This document shows, piece after piece, positions 35,900 through 47,467 of a stretch of DNA of 47,467 bases. A program made the position numbers and the translations under genes. Every line of letters starts with the position of its first letter. Within the stretch, counting starts at the first letter, position 1. The stretch lies in assembly GCA_032718475.1 (NCBI GenBank), contig JAUCBJ010000524.1, positions 1 through 47,467 of the forward strand, in the 5' to 3' direction. Under the pieces are notes generated by a model. It did no database searches, had not been told where the DNA came from, and saw nothing but the letters and a program-made list of their open reading frames with translations. The DNA is from Nemertoderma westbladi (lineage: Eukaryota > Animalia > Xenacoelomorpha).

Positions 35900-35965
35900 T
35901 GTCCGGAATTTCCCGATTTGTCCGGAATTTGCCTTGTCGGCAATTCCAATTACCCCGAACTACCC
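35900..35965 (-). repeat. Probable 5' terminus of the pogo element
   Basis: On the minus strand it reads TA|GGGTAGTTCGGGGTAATTGG, followed by repeated TCCGGACA boxes, 450 bp upstream of the transposase ATG. The matching 3' TIR was not found. Confidence 0.5.
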
Positions 35966-36685
35966 TACATAACCTTTACATTACACATTATTACAGTATA
36001 TCAAGCATGTTGGTAAAGAGAACAGGTTTACATACTGACATACCAAAATAATGGGGAACCAAAATAATAAACGGGAGTTAAGAATTAGGCCTACTGGGCA
36101 ACCCATTAAATAAATATATAGTAAAAGTACATGTGACTGGCTGAGGCTAGGGTTCAACAGAAGGCACTTTATGGGGCCGAACCGAACCGAACCAAAGCAG
36201 GGCCAACTTCGGGCCGAACCGAACCGAATCCGAACCGAAGTTCAGAAAGTTAGCAAGCTATTGTCATAAATTCGTATTTACGTCACTATCAGACTATACT
36301 GGCTGACTGGCAGTGGCAGACTGGTACCTATATGGTCTGAGGACTTAGCGAGAAAGCTATGATTAATTAAAAAAATAAATACTACCTAAACTACTGTATG
36401 CATGCACTTACTGTATGCACCACATTTTCATCCGTCAGCCCGTAGTAAGCCGTTTAGTAGTGACATCAAATTTAGAAAACCTCACTAAAAGTACAGGTCA
36501 GCCATTCCAGCGTAACGGTCGTGACATTCCGCATGGGTTTCCGGTATTAATGAGTAGGGTTAACTCTTCAAATTCCGGACAAATCAAATTCCGGACACCA
36601 TGGTCAAATTACGGACAAATTTAAATTTCATTGGTACAAACTATGGCTGTATGGAATTAATATCTGACTTTGTACAATAGCCTAT

Positions 36686-37320
36686 AGACTTTGATCACTG
36701 ATGACTTAGAAGAGGTACTGTCAGAATCACTAGAGGGAGCCCAAAGGCTTCTCTGCCAATTGCAGCAGGTTGCTTCTAGTGTCTAGTGTTGGTCTTTTTG
36801 TAAATTCCAAGAAGACCAAAATAATCACAGTCAACCTAGACAGCCCTCAAGAAATGTCTGATCGTAAGGGCACAAGCTCTACGGACAAACGCAACGGGGG
36901 TTTCTTGAGCACGTGTATGACTGGATGACTTCTGTTACTTGGGATCGTGGATCAGAAAGTCAGGTGAAAACCTTCGGATACGTAAGGGGAAGGCATGGGC
37001 AGCGTTAAATAGTCTGTCCATGATTTGGACAGATTATGGGACCATTGAATAAAACATAACCTTAAGGTTCGATTGTTTAGAGCAGCAATAGTGCCAATTA
37101 CTCTTATGGGAGTCCATGCCGGAGCTCTAACTGCGAACTGTTGAGGATACCAAATATCTGGATGGTACTTTCACAAGAATGCTGCGCCGGGTTCATTGTT
37201 TCAAGTACAATGACAGAATGAACACATCTCTAATCAGACTCTATACAAAATTGGAGGTGTTCCATCAATCTCCCCTAGCTTGACTCTAGGGCGGAGCCGC
37301 CTCCGCCTTTGCGGGACTGC
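36686..37320 (+). pseudogene. Degraded RTE-clade RT fragment, same family as 31441-31931
   Basis: Nucleotide similarity to the reverse complement of 31441-31931 (TCAGAATCA..AGAGGGAGCCCAA, GAAGGCATGGGCAGC, TTCACAAGAATGCT.CGCCGGGTTCATTGT), with many indels. Confidence 0.8.
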
Positions 37321-38167
37321 ATAGATAGATTCAAGCATCACCAAATTTTCAAAAGTTGCTAGCTGCGTGTTGATTGCCTATTGCATAAATTGTTTGCTTT
37401 ATTATTATTACCAATAAAGGCTCGCCAAGTCTACTTGTCTATCTTTTGTGATATGTCTAAACAGTACTTTTTATAAGCCAGCTAGCCAGCAGAACCAGGA
37501 ACGCTTTAGGCATAACTACAGAACAATATATATATAATATATACAGATATATTCCAGTAGGTGTATCATATATATTATAGGCGGTACGGTACCTATTACG
37601 ATGGCGCTGGGTTATAACCGCAAGATACAGGTTAAATTCTATAAATCGTCAAATAGACAATTTGGGAGAGGAGCCCCATCGATAATTGATCCAAACATTG
37701 AGAAATATGTAGTGACTCTGATATATATTGGTGATTGTGGTTGGCCACTAACTGACTAAACCGAGACGAACTAATCCACGTCATAAGGAATGCGTCTGGT
37801 GATATTTCCAATCCATGTAATGTCTGCCAACAACCATAGCACTGTCAGACTCTAGTAACTCTAGAACAACTTTGTTTAATTTATAATAGTTTCAAATATC
37901 AGCAACTGCTAACTGTTCGCAAATCCCATCTTGGTGAATGAATATTTCGCTTCAATGTTAAATTATCAATTTAGGGAAATGTCAAATGACACGTATGAGC
38001 AGATTATAGTGACACGTATTTCTAACCAAAACAATAAATGGAACACAATAGAACAGGTTATAGTTTTATTTATGGGAGTAATCGAACTGTTATTTGTGTC
38101 GAATTTCATGGAGAGGGATGCATTATTATTGCGTTGAAAGTCCCCCCACCCCCTATCCCGGCCATCA

Positions 38168-38460
38168 GCCCATGTGAAGAATACCAGGATTTAACTTTTC
38201 GGTCGACTTTTTATTGGAATTTTATATATGAAGATTTTTTATTTTTTTAAATATATCTTTATTAAGTGTTTTATACCGCTTATTTCTGTCTTATAGCCTA
38301 ACCTGTACATATACTAATTCGTTTAGTTTATTGTTTTGGTTAGATTCAGGATTCAGCCCTCCTGTAATCTGTGTTTTTGGTGAAAACCTGGTATTCTTCA
38401 CATGGGGGTAATTGCAAAGTGAAATATAACGGCAGAAAGTCTGGTATTCTTCACATGGGC
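38168..38460. mobile_element. Small MITE with TIR GCCCATGTGAAGAATACCAG
   Basis: 20-bp perfect inverted termini; homolog at 30731-30978. No TSD resolved. Confidence 0.7.
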
Positions 38461-39342
38461 CCCCTATCTGGGGTGGGTATGCAAAACATAAAGCATTGCA
38501 GCATTGCATAACTTCAGAACTGAGCAGCTGAGTACATGAGTAAAATATGGCTGTATGTAATACACCCAGATACCTAAACTAATGGAAATAAAGTTTAATT
38601 TAATTATTAAAATAGCCCTAATATCAACCCTCACATCAACTCTCACATCTAATAAAAGGCATTGTCCGGAATTATATACATGTCCGGTATTTTACCAGGT
38701 AGTCAAATTCCGGACAGTCAATTTATAAAATGAAAACCACCCAGTTACAACTAAACAGTTGAACTGAGTGGTAACAATTTGGTTTTATAGTGAACTACAA
38801 TAGCATCTTGTACAGATGCAAACATAATATCAAGGATTAAAGCAATTTAAAGTGTCCAAAATTAAAAAAAAATGAAATTTTGTCCGGAATTTGAATAGTC
38901 AACCCTATTCTAAGGGCACATGGAAGAATGATATTGAAAAGATATTACTATGATATGATCCTAAGATATGGACCTTTAATAAAATCGAAACCGCACTGGA
39001 ATACATTACGTTTTATTGATTGTATTCCAGTTTAAAGTTGGCGTAACGGTCGTGACTGAAATGGACAAGCTTTTTAGAGACTCCTACACATTATAAATTT
39101 CTATCGAATTTACTGTACTTATTTAGCGTTACTTATGTCAGACTAACATGTTAATAGATAGAGTTTAAAATGAAATTAACAGTATGGCAATATAATATCA
39201 TTAGGGAATGTGGCAATCAATTAACCAGTGTAACGGTCGTGACATAGTTTCGTAACGGTTGTGACATTATCGATTTTCACATAAATCTGAATTTCAAAAA
39301 ATGGTAAGGTATTAGAGTTAGGTATTGCTATCGATTTCAGGC

Positions 39343-39958
39343 AGGTTTTCTTGTACGCTGATTTTAATGGAAGGCTTTTTACATTCCGCAATTGAACACA
39401 TCTACCATTTTTGGTGCTAAAATGAAAAGTGCAAGTAACCAGCATTTTTCAAATTAATGAACACAACTAGACTTGTAGGAATGGTGTTTATTTCAATTAC
39501 ATACAGGTTTTCTGGTGCGCTGATTTCAATGGAAGGCTTTTTAAATTCCGCAGTTGAACACATCTACTTTTTTGGCGCTAAAATGAAAAGTGCAAGTAAC
39601 CAGCATTTTTCAAATTAGTGAAAACAATAAGAATTGTAGGAATGGTATTTATTTCAATTACATAAAGGTTTTCTGGTACGCCGATTTCAATGGAAGGCTT
39701 TTAAAATTCCGCAGTCAGGCAGTTGAACGCACCTACTGACCTACCATTTTTGGTGCTAAAATGAAAAGTGCAAGTAACCAGCATTTTTCAAATTAGTGAA
39801 AACAACTAGATTTGTACGAATGGTGTTTCTTTCTCTATTACATACAGTTTTTCCTGCTGTTCTGGTACGCCGATTTCAATGGAAGGCTTTTTAAATTCCG
39901 CAGTTGACTGGTTGAACATACCTACCATTTTTGGTGCTAAAATGAAAAGTGCAAGTAA
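39343..39958 (+). repeat. ~162-bp tandem repeat (about 3.7 units)
   Basis: GGTTTTCTGGT.CGC.GATTTCAATGGAAGGCTTTT...TTTGGTGCTAAAATGAAAAGTGCAAGTAA at ~39343, 39506, 39667 and 39860. Confidence 0.9.
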
Positions 39959-41109
39959 ACTCTTCGTTCGCAAGTAAAATGTTCTATGTAGTATTGTAAG
40001 CTGATATTTTGGTTATTATGTGTAGGGCCTACTACCTGATTACAGTATAATTATAATTACATCCCACTGCAGCAGTGGTATCATAAATGATACAAATTAA
40101 TTTATACTGTATAATAATGATTCCAAGGTTTGTCATTTGTGTCACAACCGTTACGGTCATAAGTGCTGTTATGGCACATTATAGGTTAAGAAGAAACCTT
40201 TGTACACCCAATATTACAATTATCACTTTGTGTGGAATCATATTCCAAAATGTAATCTAAATGGAGAGTTAAAAAGACGACCTTTCGTTCTGTGAATTAT
40301 ACATGCTATGCTAATATTCCCATTTCCCACATGTTAATGTCACGACCGTTACGCTGATTACTACAACTGGAACATACAGTCAAGTTAAACTATATCACTC
40401 AAACAATTGATACGAACCACCTAACGATAGATATAAAAGATTATAACCATTACTGCCGGGGATCTGGAGATATTGGAAAAACTTGTTCTTCAGCGTAACG
40501 GTCGTGACATATTTTCCATCCACTCATTACAATGCTATTAGAAAAATATTTATTAGTTGTACATTATTTAACCGACATGGCTAATTACTACATAGATATA
40601 AGATTCTGAAAAACATATGGCATTGCCAGTTTGATAATGATCATGCCATTTTGGTTTGTATGTAATTAATGCCAAAAATATTGAATTTTTGGCATTTTTT
40701 AAATCACATTTTGCGGACGCCTTAAAAAAAATTGGCTAGGGTTATGGAACATTTGAAAACAGTTTTATGAAGCACAATATGTGTGCTACACACTCAATAC
40801 AAAAGAAATTCATTTCTAAGTACTTTAATTTTTCACCAAAAGGTTTACTTTTGCTTGGAATGGCTGAGGTAGTCTTTGTAATACTATTTATATGAGGTAG
40901 TAGGTATATTTGGTATTATGTATCAAAGTTATGATTAATTAAAAAATAGGGTACTACAAAGTAAAATGGCAATATTTAGCCTAACCTAAACTACTGTATA
41001 ATTAAGCTAATTTTGAAACTACCCAAGTAACCTGCAGACCTGGAAACAATTAAAAAAATAATGCCATTTAAATGGAAGTTCAGTCCAAAATTAAGGGTGT
41101 AAACGTTAA

Positions 41110-41990
41110 GCAGACAGTGGTGCAGATAGTGGTGCAGACACCTGGTGCGGCCAGTGGTGCAGACACTGGTGCAGACAGTGGTGCAGCGTGCAGACAGTGG
41201 TGCAGACACTGGTGCAGACTGCAGACAGTGGTGCAGACAGTGGTGCAGACACCTGGTGCGGACAGTGGTGCAGACACTGGTGGAGACAGTGGTGCAGACA
41301 CTGGTGCAGACAGTCTTGCAGACACTGGTGCAGACACTGGTCCAGACAGTGGTGCAGACACCTGGTGAAAATACTGAAATACCAGAGTAGGCCCTACCAC
41401 AAAACACAATACCACCAGGCACTATTATATTATATTTTATCATAGACTTTATTATCTACAAATATGCGAGTAACTACTGAAAGGTTCTACATGAAGTAGG
41501 GAGGACGTATGTAGTACAAGTCGAGGTGCGTGCGGGTGAATGTGCCCTGATTACAAATAATTATAAGAGGTGTGTACGAAAATAATTAAGTGCAGACTGC
41601 ACCAGTCTGCAAAAGGTGCCTGCACCACTGTCTGCTCCACTGTCTGCACCACTGTCTGCACCAGTGTCTGCACCACTGTCTGCACCAGTGTCCGCACCAG
41701 TGTCTGCACCAGTGTCTGCACCAGTGTCTGCGCCAGTGTCTGCACCACTGTCTGCACCAGTGTCTGCACCACTGTCTGCACCACTGCCACTGCCTGTGCC
41801 TGCACCACTATCTGCACCACTGTCTGCACCAGGTGTCTGCACCACTGTCTGCACCAGTGTCTGCACCACTGTCTGCACCAGTGTCTGCACCAATGTTGCA
41901 CCAGTGTGTGCACCACTGTCTGCACCAGGTGTCTGCACCACTGTCTGCATCACTGTCTGCACCACTGTCTGCTCTGCACCAGTGTCTGCT
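41110..41990. repeat. Two oppositely oriented 12-bp minisatellite arrays (GTCTGCACCA[C/G]T)n
   Basis: 41110-41367 is in one orientation and ~41600-41990 in the other. Source of the spurious repetitive ORFs. Confidence 0.93.
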
Positions 41991-42324
41991 TAACGTTTAC
42001 ACTCCAAAATTAATTAGTACAACGATGGACAGATTGATTAGTCTTACTGTCTTCTGGTCTTAGCTCAATCAGTCAATGTAATACTTGGAATATTTAGCAA
42101 AGTTTGCTCCGGTCTTCTGCAGTATCAATTGCAGAAGCCGAACCGAACCGAAATTGCCAAACTTCGGCCCGAACCGAACCGAAGCCGAAGCTTCTGTTGA
42201 GCCCTAGCTGAGGCTGACTGGTAACAAAGGGGGAGAGCTACTAACTAATAACACTATGTTCGATTATTTGCCGAATTGTGATTGGCCAGTATTACAGTAT
42301 GTACGGTACTCTAATTGAGAATGC

Positions 42325-42662
42325 TTTGCACACGTATCGCATGCGTCACGAATGGACCACGAATAATTTTAAGCGTGGCGTGGCTAAGCATTCGTATCGC
42401 ATGTGGCACGAACGAATGAACCACGAATTATTTTTTGTGTGGAGTGGAAGCATTCGTATCGCATGTGCCATGAATGATGAGCCACGAATATATTTACAAG
42501 TGAAATCTCACATGCGATACGAATACTATACGCATTCGTTAAATTATTCGGACTGACGAACCATTGATGAAAGGCTTCACGAATCTTAAATAACATTGCA
42601 CGCACCTTTTACGAATGCTGCATGTGGCACGAATGCGTTACGCATGCGGATTTTTTACTGGG
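42325..42662. mobile_element. Remnant of a CCCAGTA-terminated element with GCATTCGTATCGCATG repeats
   Basis: Repeated and inverted TTCGTATCGCATG / ACGAAT motifs ending in TTTTTACTGGG. The other end was not found. Confidence 0.4.
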
Positions 42663-43159
42663 GTGGCGCGCTTTTTGTCAATATTCCATATAGGACCCGA
42701 ACACCGGACCCGGCTTGTTTGAGACTGACCCGGCTTGTTTGAGACTGAACCGGACCCGGCAAAATGTTCGACCCGGTCGTTTACTACTCCCTGACTGCCG
42801 GCTACCCCAGTCTACCAGTACCACTGCTGCACTGTACCAGTATACAGTCAGTCAGTACCCGGGCTTCCGGGGTGAAATTTCCCTAATGTATTTTACCCCC
42901 CTCCAGTGAAAACTCCAGAACTGACCCCTGCATTTATTAATTTTCATTCTAAATTACCGATGGAATAAAAGCTTTCACCATTCAGCCATTGCTGCATTGG
43001 GTTTACCGCCTGGCAGCCTGGGCCTGACTACTTTTTTAAAAACGTTCTACCGGTAAGTGATTACATTTGGGAATTAACTGAAATACTTCGGATTTTTATT
43101 CTGTTATTACTTATTAATTCAGTAATTAGACCTATTAAATTATCGCGGCAAGTCATAAT

Positions 43160-44810
43160 TAGGGTTCAACAGACAGACAGAAGGCACTTTATGGGGCCGA
43201 ACCGAACCGAACCGAAGCAGGGCCAACTTCGGGCCGAACCGAATCCGAACCGAAGTTCTGAAAGTTAGCAAGTTATGGTCATAAATTCGTATTTACATCA
43301 CTACATATACTGGCTGATTGGCAGTTGCAGACTGGTACCTATTTGGTCTGCGGACTTAGCGAGAAAGCTATGATTAATTAAAAAAATAAATACTACAAAA
43401 TAAAATGGCAATATTTACATTACTGTACATTACTAACCTAAACTACTGTATACTTACTGTATGCATGCACTTACTGTATGCACCACATTTTCACCTGTAG
43501 TAAAGCCGTACAGTAGTGACATCAAATTTAGAAAACCTCACTAAAAGTACAGGTAGTCTTTGTAATACTATTTATATGAGGTAGTAGGTATATTTGGTAT
43601 TATGTACAAAGTTATGATTAATTAAAAAATAGGGTACTACAAAGTGGTGCAGACAGTGGTGCAGACACTGGTGCAGACAGTGGTGCAGACACCTGGTGAA
43701 AATACTGAAATACCAGAGTACCACAAAACACAATACCACCAGGCACTATTATATTATATTTTATCATAGACTTTCTGACTTTATTATCTACAAATACTGA
43801 AATATGCGAGTAACTACTGAAAAGTTCTACATGAAGTAGGGAGGACGTATATAGTACAATTCGAGGTGCGTGCGGGTGAATGTGCGCTGATTACAAATAA
43901 TTATAAGTGGTGTGTACGAAAGTAATTAATCGGTATTCCCGTTTTCATATAAACAATAATGTCTATAAATTGTAAGCAGCAATGTCTCCAAGGAATGAGA
44001 AGCGAAAGTGTTTGATTGTTTTTACATGACCTACTTTATACAGAGTATGTTTAATTTGTTTACCTTTACTGGAGCCACTGCTTATTACTGTATAATAAAA
44101 CGAGCTCATTTAAGTTATTGTCTCATGCTGGGGTTATACATTCACGAACTACTGTAAGGTCTCAGGAATTCTTAGCCCGTGAGTATTCTTAGCCTGCGAG
44201 TATTCTTGGCCCTTGGGTATTCTTAGCCCGCAAAACAATAACGTTTATTGTTTTGGTTCCCCCAATACTCCTCTGAAACCTGTTCCTTTACTAACCTGCT
44301 CGCCCCATTACTGTCTGCACCAGTGTCTGCACCACTGTCTGCACCAGTGTCTGCACCACTGTCTGCACCAGTGTCTGCACCACTGTCTGCACCACTGCCT
44401 GCACCACTGTCTGCACCAGTGTCTGCACCACTGTCTGCACCAGTGTCTGCACCACTGTCTGCACCAGTGTCTGCACCACTGTCTGCACCACTGTCTGTAC
44501 CAGTGCGTGCACCACTGTCTGCACCAGGTGTCTGCACCACTGTCTGCATCACTGTCTGCACCACTGTCTGCTCTGCACCAGTGTCTGCTTAACGTTTACA
44601 CTCCAAAATTAATTAGTACAACGATGGACAGATTGATTAGTCTTACTGTCTTCTGGTCTTACTGTAACTCAATCAGTCAATGTAATACTTGGAATATTTA
44701 GCAAAGTTTGCTCCGGGCTTCTGCAGTATCAATTGCAGAAGCCGAACCGAACCGAAATTGCCAAACTTCGGCCCGAACCGAACCGAAGCCGAAGCTTCTG
44801 TTGAGCCCTA
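43160..44810. mobile_element. hAT-type non-autonomous element, copy 2
   Basis: Same TIRs as 36148-42206, 8-bp TSD GTCATAAT (43152-43159 and 44811-44818), and 12-bp arrays at 43644-43697 and 44311-44590. Confidence 0.93.
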
Positions 44811-45646
44811 GTCATAATTAATATATAATGGAATATTTGTACCGTAATTAAATGGATTCCAACTCCATATTTTAGTATTACAAAACCTACTCCAAAAGTT
44901 TAATTAAAAAAAAGTTGAATTTTAAACCCTACTCAAAAGGAAAGAAGAAGAAGTTAAACAACCATAGGCCCTAATTAAAACGTCATGTATAATGTAACCC
45001 TAGGCAGAAGTGTAAGAAATTTAGCGGAATTTCCGATTCCGACATTACAGCATTAGGCTGTTAATTTCTGTATTGCCATGCTGCCATGAATGCCATCCAG
45101 GCCCAAATTGCCGTTAATCTGTTAATAGCAATAATGTCAGAATGTCGGAAATTCCTCTAAATTCTGCTAAGATTATGACATTGGCTGATTGGGGAGGAGA
45201 GGGCAGGAGGTTTAGTGTTACACATTGCATGACAGTTTTAATAGGGTTGAGGCCGCCACTCTGCCAGTTCCTACTTCAGCACTACTGTCTGACTGTAAGC
45301 AGCCATATTTCATACAGTATAAAATCTCTCACTGGACTGCTAGAGGCAGAGGGCCCTGAAACCGATTATTACAGTCTGACAGTATTACCCTGTTGTCAGC
45401 TTGTTATCGGACATATAGCTAAATAAGATAGGTTCGTTTAGCTGTTTAGGCCTAGCAGTTCAGCTCAGTCAGTTAGTGTCGAATACTAATTTATACTGCC
45501 CTGGTCTGTCCGGGTGCCGTGGGCTGCCTTGGGCGTGTCAAACGTAGTCCAGTAGTCTGGACCTGGATATACAATAATACACTAGCACTAACAGATTGCC
45601 CCTTACACCTTATACTGTTATACGTCTAGTGCAGCGCATAATCAAC

Positions 45647-45695
45647 ATGCCGTTGTTCCATACTTGTGGGCCGAATGAGGCCATGGTTGTATCAG
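45647..45695 (+). CDS. FLOT1: Flotillin-1 coding exon 1 (MPLFHTCGPNEAMVVS-G)
   Basis: Matches the flotillin N-terminus (FxTCGPNEAMVVSG). Donor G|GTAAG, phase 1. Confidence 0.93.
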
Positions 45696-46880
45696 GTAAG
45701 TTTTCATTAGGCCTATATGAGGTAGGGGTTTAGACTTAGAGTAAAGCCAGACTGCCAGAGAGTAGAAACAAGTGCTGAAGTGTGTGTAGAGTGTAGGTAG
45801 GTGTGTATGTGCAGATGTGATTGTGGTGTGTGCGGTTTGTCGTGTAGTGAGAGCTTTGTGTAGGATCTAAACCTATACAGTATGCTAAACGCTCTCCGTA
45901 TACATGTATATATAATTGTCATATAATATAACTATAACATCTGAACATACAGACATATACTGATAACTGGATAAGGCCCTGTACAACAGCATGTCATACA
46001 GTACCGATCCGATAGGCCTATGCCATTACTGCATTGAATTGAATTGAGTTTTTTTTTATTTAACTTTTATTAATATCCTCCATCAAGCCAAAAGCAATAC
46101 ACAACACATACTATTAAAATTTAATAGGGGCCTACAAAAAATGTATGTATGCCATTGTATGACTATTAATCATTTTCCATTGTTGTGGTACCTGTACAAT
46201 TAGATCAGTCCGAGAATGTTGGATGTGGAAGGGGGACCATCAGTCTATCATGAAGTTTCAGTTTAAATTCGAATCATTGTATGTTGATATCATTCTGCCA
46301 GTTTTTGTTCTTGACAATTTTGTAATTACAATACCGACAGCCGGCACATAACTGCATTGTATTGTACCGGACCGGTATATATATGTATGTATGCCTGTAT
46401 GCCTTCTTTTTTCAAGCAGGTCATTGTTAATGCTCAATAATGGGCGATTCATACATAAATTATGAATTGTTTGAATTGTTACATTTGCTTTCCTGACTTT
46501 GTAACATGCATTTTTGGCTTCTTTTATAATAATATAGAATGTGTACTATGATATTATATATGTAGTGTATAATATGCTCTGCGTGAGTGTCTCTACTGTT
46601 AAGTTTATTTTGAATGTCTGTTCCATCTGTTGGGCCTACCGGTATATATCTTCTGTTTGCTTTTTTATTGATTAAAAAGTACGACGTTTTACCCGTTAAA
46701 TTGTTACCCCCACAGTAAGGTGCCGTACCTATCGTAGTGTAATAATGCTGAATTTATAATTTGAGGTACACATTTGGGAGCTTCGGGAGAGCAAATATTA
46801 TTATGCTAACCACACTTTTATCTATATCAGTTCCAGTATTATATATTACAGTCTTAATTACTCAGTTCTCTTTATTTTAG

Positions 46881-47047
46881 GATGTTGCTTAGCGCGGCCT
46901 TTAATGATCCCGGGTGGGCGAGTCTTTGTTTGGCCGGTCATCCAGAAAATTCAAAGACTCACGTTGAATACGATGACGCTATTGGTGGAAAGTCCACAAG
47001 TTTACACCCAATTGGGTGTCTCTATATCTGTCACTGGTGTCGCCCAG
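46881..47047 (+). CDS. FLOT1: Flotillin-1 coding exon 2
   Basis: TTTTAG acceptor and CAG|GTA donor. Translation [56 protein letters not shown]. The frame is consistent (49+167=216 nt). Confidence 0.95.
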
Positions 47048-47257
47048 GTATTATCCATTACTACTGCATTTCAACTGCTAATTTAGCCAACGGCACCCTA
47101 CCATTAATATCTAATACCGTAATTAATTCATACTGGCACTTATGAGTCATGAGTGAATTAAACGTATGATTTTTAGATCCCGAAGAAACATATAATAAAC
47201 TTGAATTTGTATTTATATAATTCTAAAACATAAATACGTTTATTGTTTGTCACACAG

Positions 47258-47401
47258 GTCAAGATCCAAGGCCAGAGTGAGGAAATGCTACGGTCGGCAG
47301 CGCAACAGTTCCTGGGTAAAAGGGAGGAGGAGGTCAGATGTATCGCGCTAGAAACCCTGGAGGGACATCAGCGAGCCATTATGGGCAATATGACAGTAGA
47401 G
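47258..47401 (+). CDS. FLOT1: Flotillin-1 coding exon 3 (gene continues beyond the window)
   Basis: CACAG acceptor and GAG|GTGGG donor. [48 protein letters not shown] is SPFH domain; KIQGQ and HQRAIM are FLOT1-like rather than FLOT2-like. Confidence 0.95.
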
Positions 47402-47467
47402 GTGGGTTGTATTCAACTATATATATATAAGTTCATAGGATATGTTCGGTCGACACGGGGGGTGTTG

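Larger units (their letters stand above)
36557..38905. mobile_element. pogo/Tc1-like non-autonomous element (TA TSD)
   Basis: TA|GGGTTAACTCTTCAAATTCCGGACA ... TGTCCGGAATTTGAATAGTCAACCC|TA. Confidence 0.85.
36499..40866. mobile_element. Non-autonomous DNA element with 11-bp TIR and 4-bp TSD (Academ-like by termini)
   Basis: CAGCCATTCCA...TGGAATGGCTG with TSD AGGT (36495-36498 and 40867-40870). The empty site, with a single AGGT, is at 43551-43554 in hAT copy 2. Dispersed GTAACGGTCGTGAC boxes. Confidence 0.85.
36148..42206. mobile_element. hAT-type non-autonomous element, copy 1 (enlarged by nested insertions)
   Basis: TIR TAGGGTTCAACAGAAG / CTTCTGTTGAGCCCTA, 8-bp TSD GCTGAGGC (36140-36147 and 42207-42214), and subterminal (CCGAA)n. 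Confidence 0.93.

Noticed and set aside
40991-44701. Repetitive ORFs (SAPV/CLHH/CTTV/GADT) resembling mucin, antifreeze or metal-binding proteins
   Set aside because: They are open in several frames on both strands because of a 12-bp minisatellite inside a TSD-flanked MITE.
46882-47145. 87-aa [15 protein letters not shown]...
   Set aside because: It is the wrong frame of flotillin exon 2; the spliced frame gives the conserved protein.

Overview
AT-rich eukaryotic (probably invertebrate animal) genomic DNA made almost entirely of nested transposable elements, ending in the first three coding exons of a flotillin-1 gene (+, 45647-47401). The standout is a ~4.85 kb element (11513-16367) bounded by near-identical 440-490 bp terminal inverted repeats. 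It carries two intact, intronless, convergent ORFs: an IS3/IS481-like (IS3EU-type) DDE transposase and an alpha-kinase (eEF2K/MHCK/TRPM7 family), so it appears to be a DNA transposon carrying an atypical protein kinase. The rest resolves into nests confirmed by target-site duplications (TSDs). A pogo-type transposase with a C-terminal PHD finger is split by a Foldback/MULE-like element, whose own TIR is split by a second one. One of two hAT MITE copies hosts a 4-bp-TSD element that hosts a pogo-like MITE and an RTE fragment. There are also a tandem Helentron-like repeat and fragments of BEL/Pao, CR1/L2 and RTE elements. All family assignments come from motifs read by eye, not from database searches.
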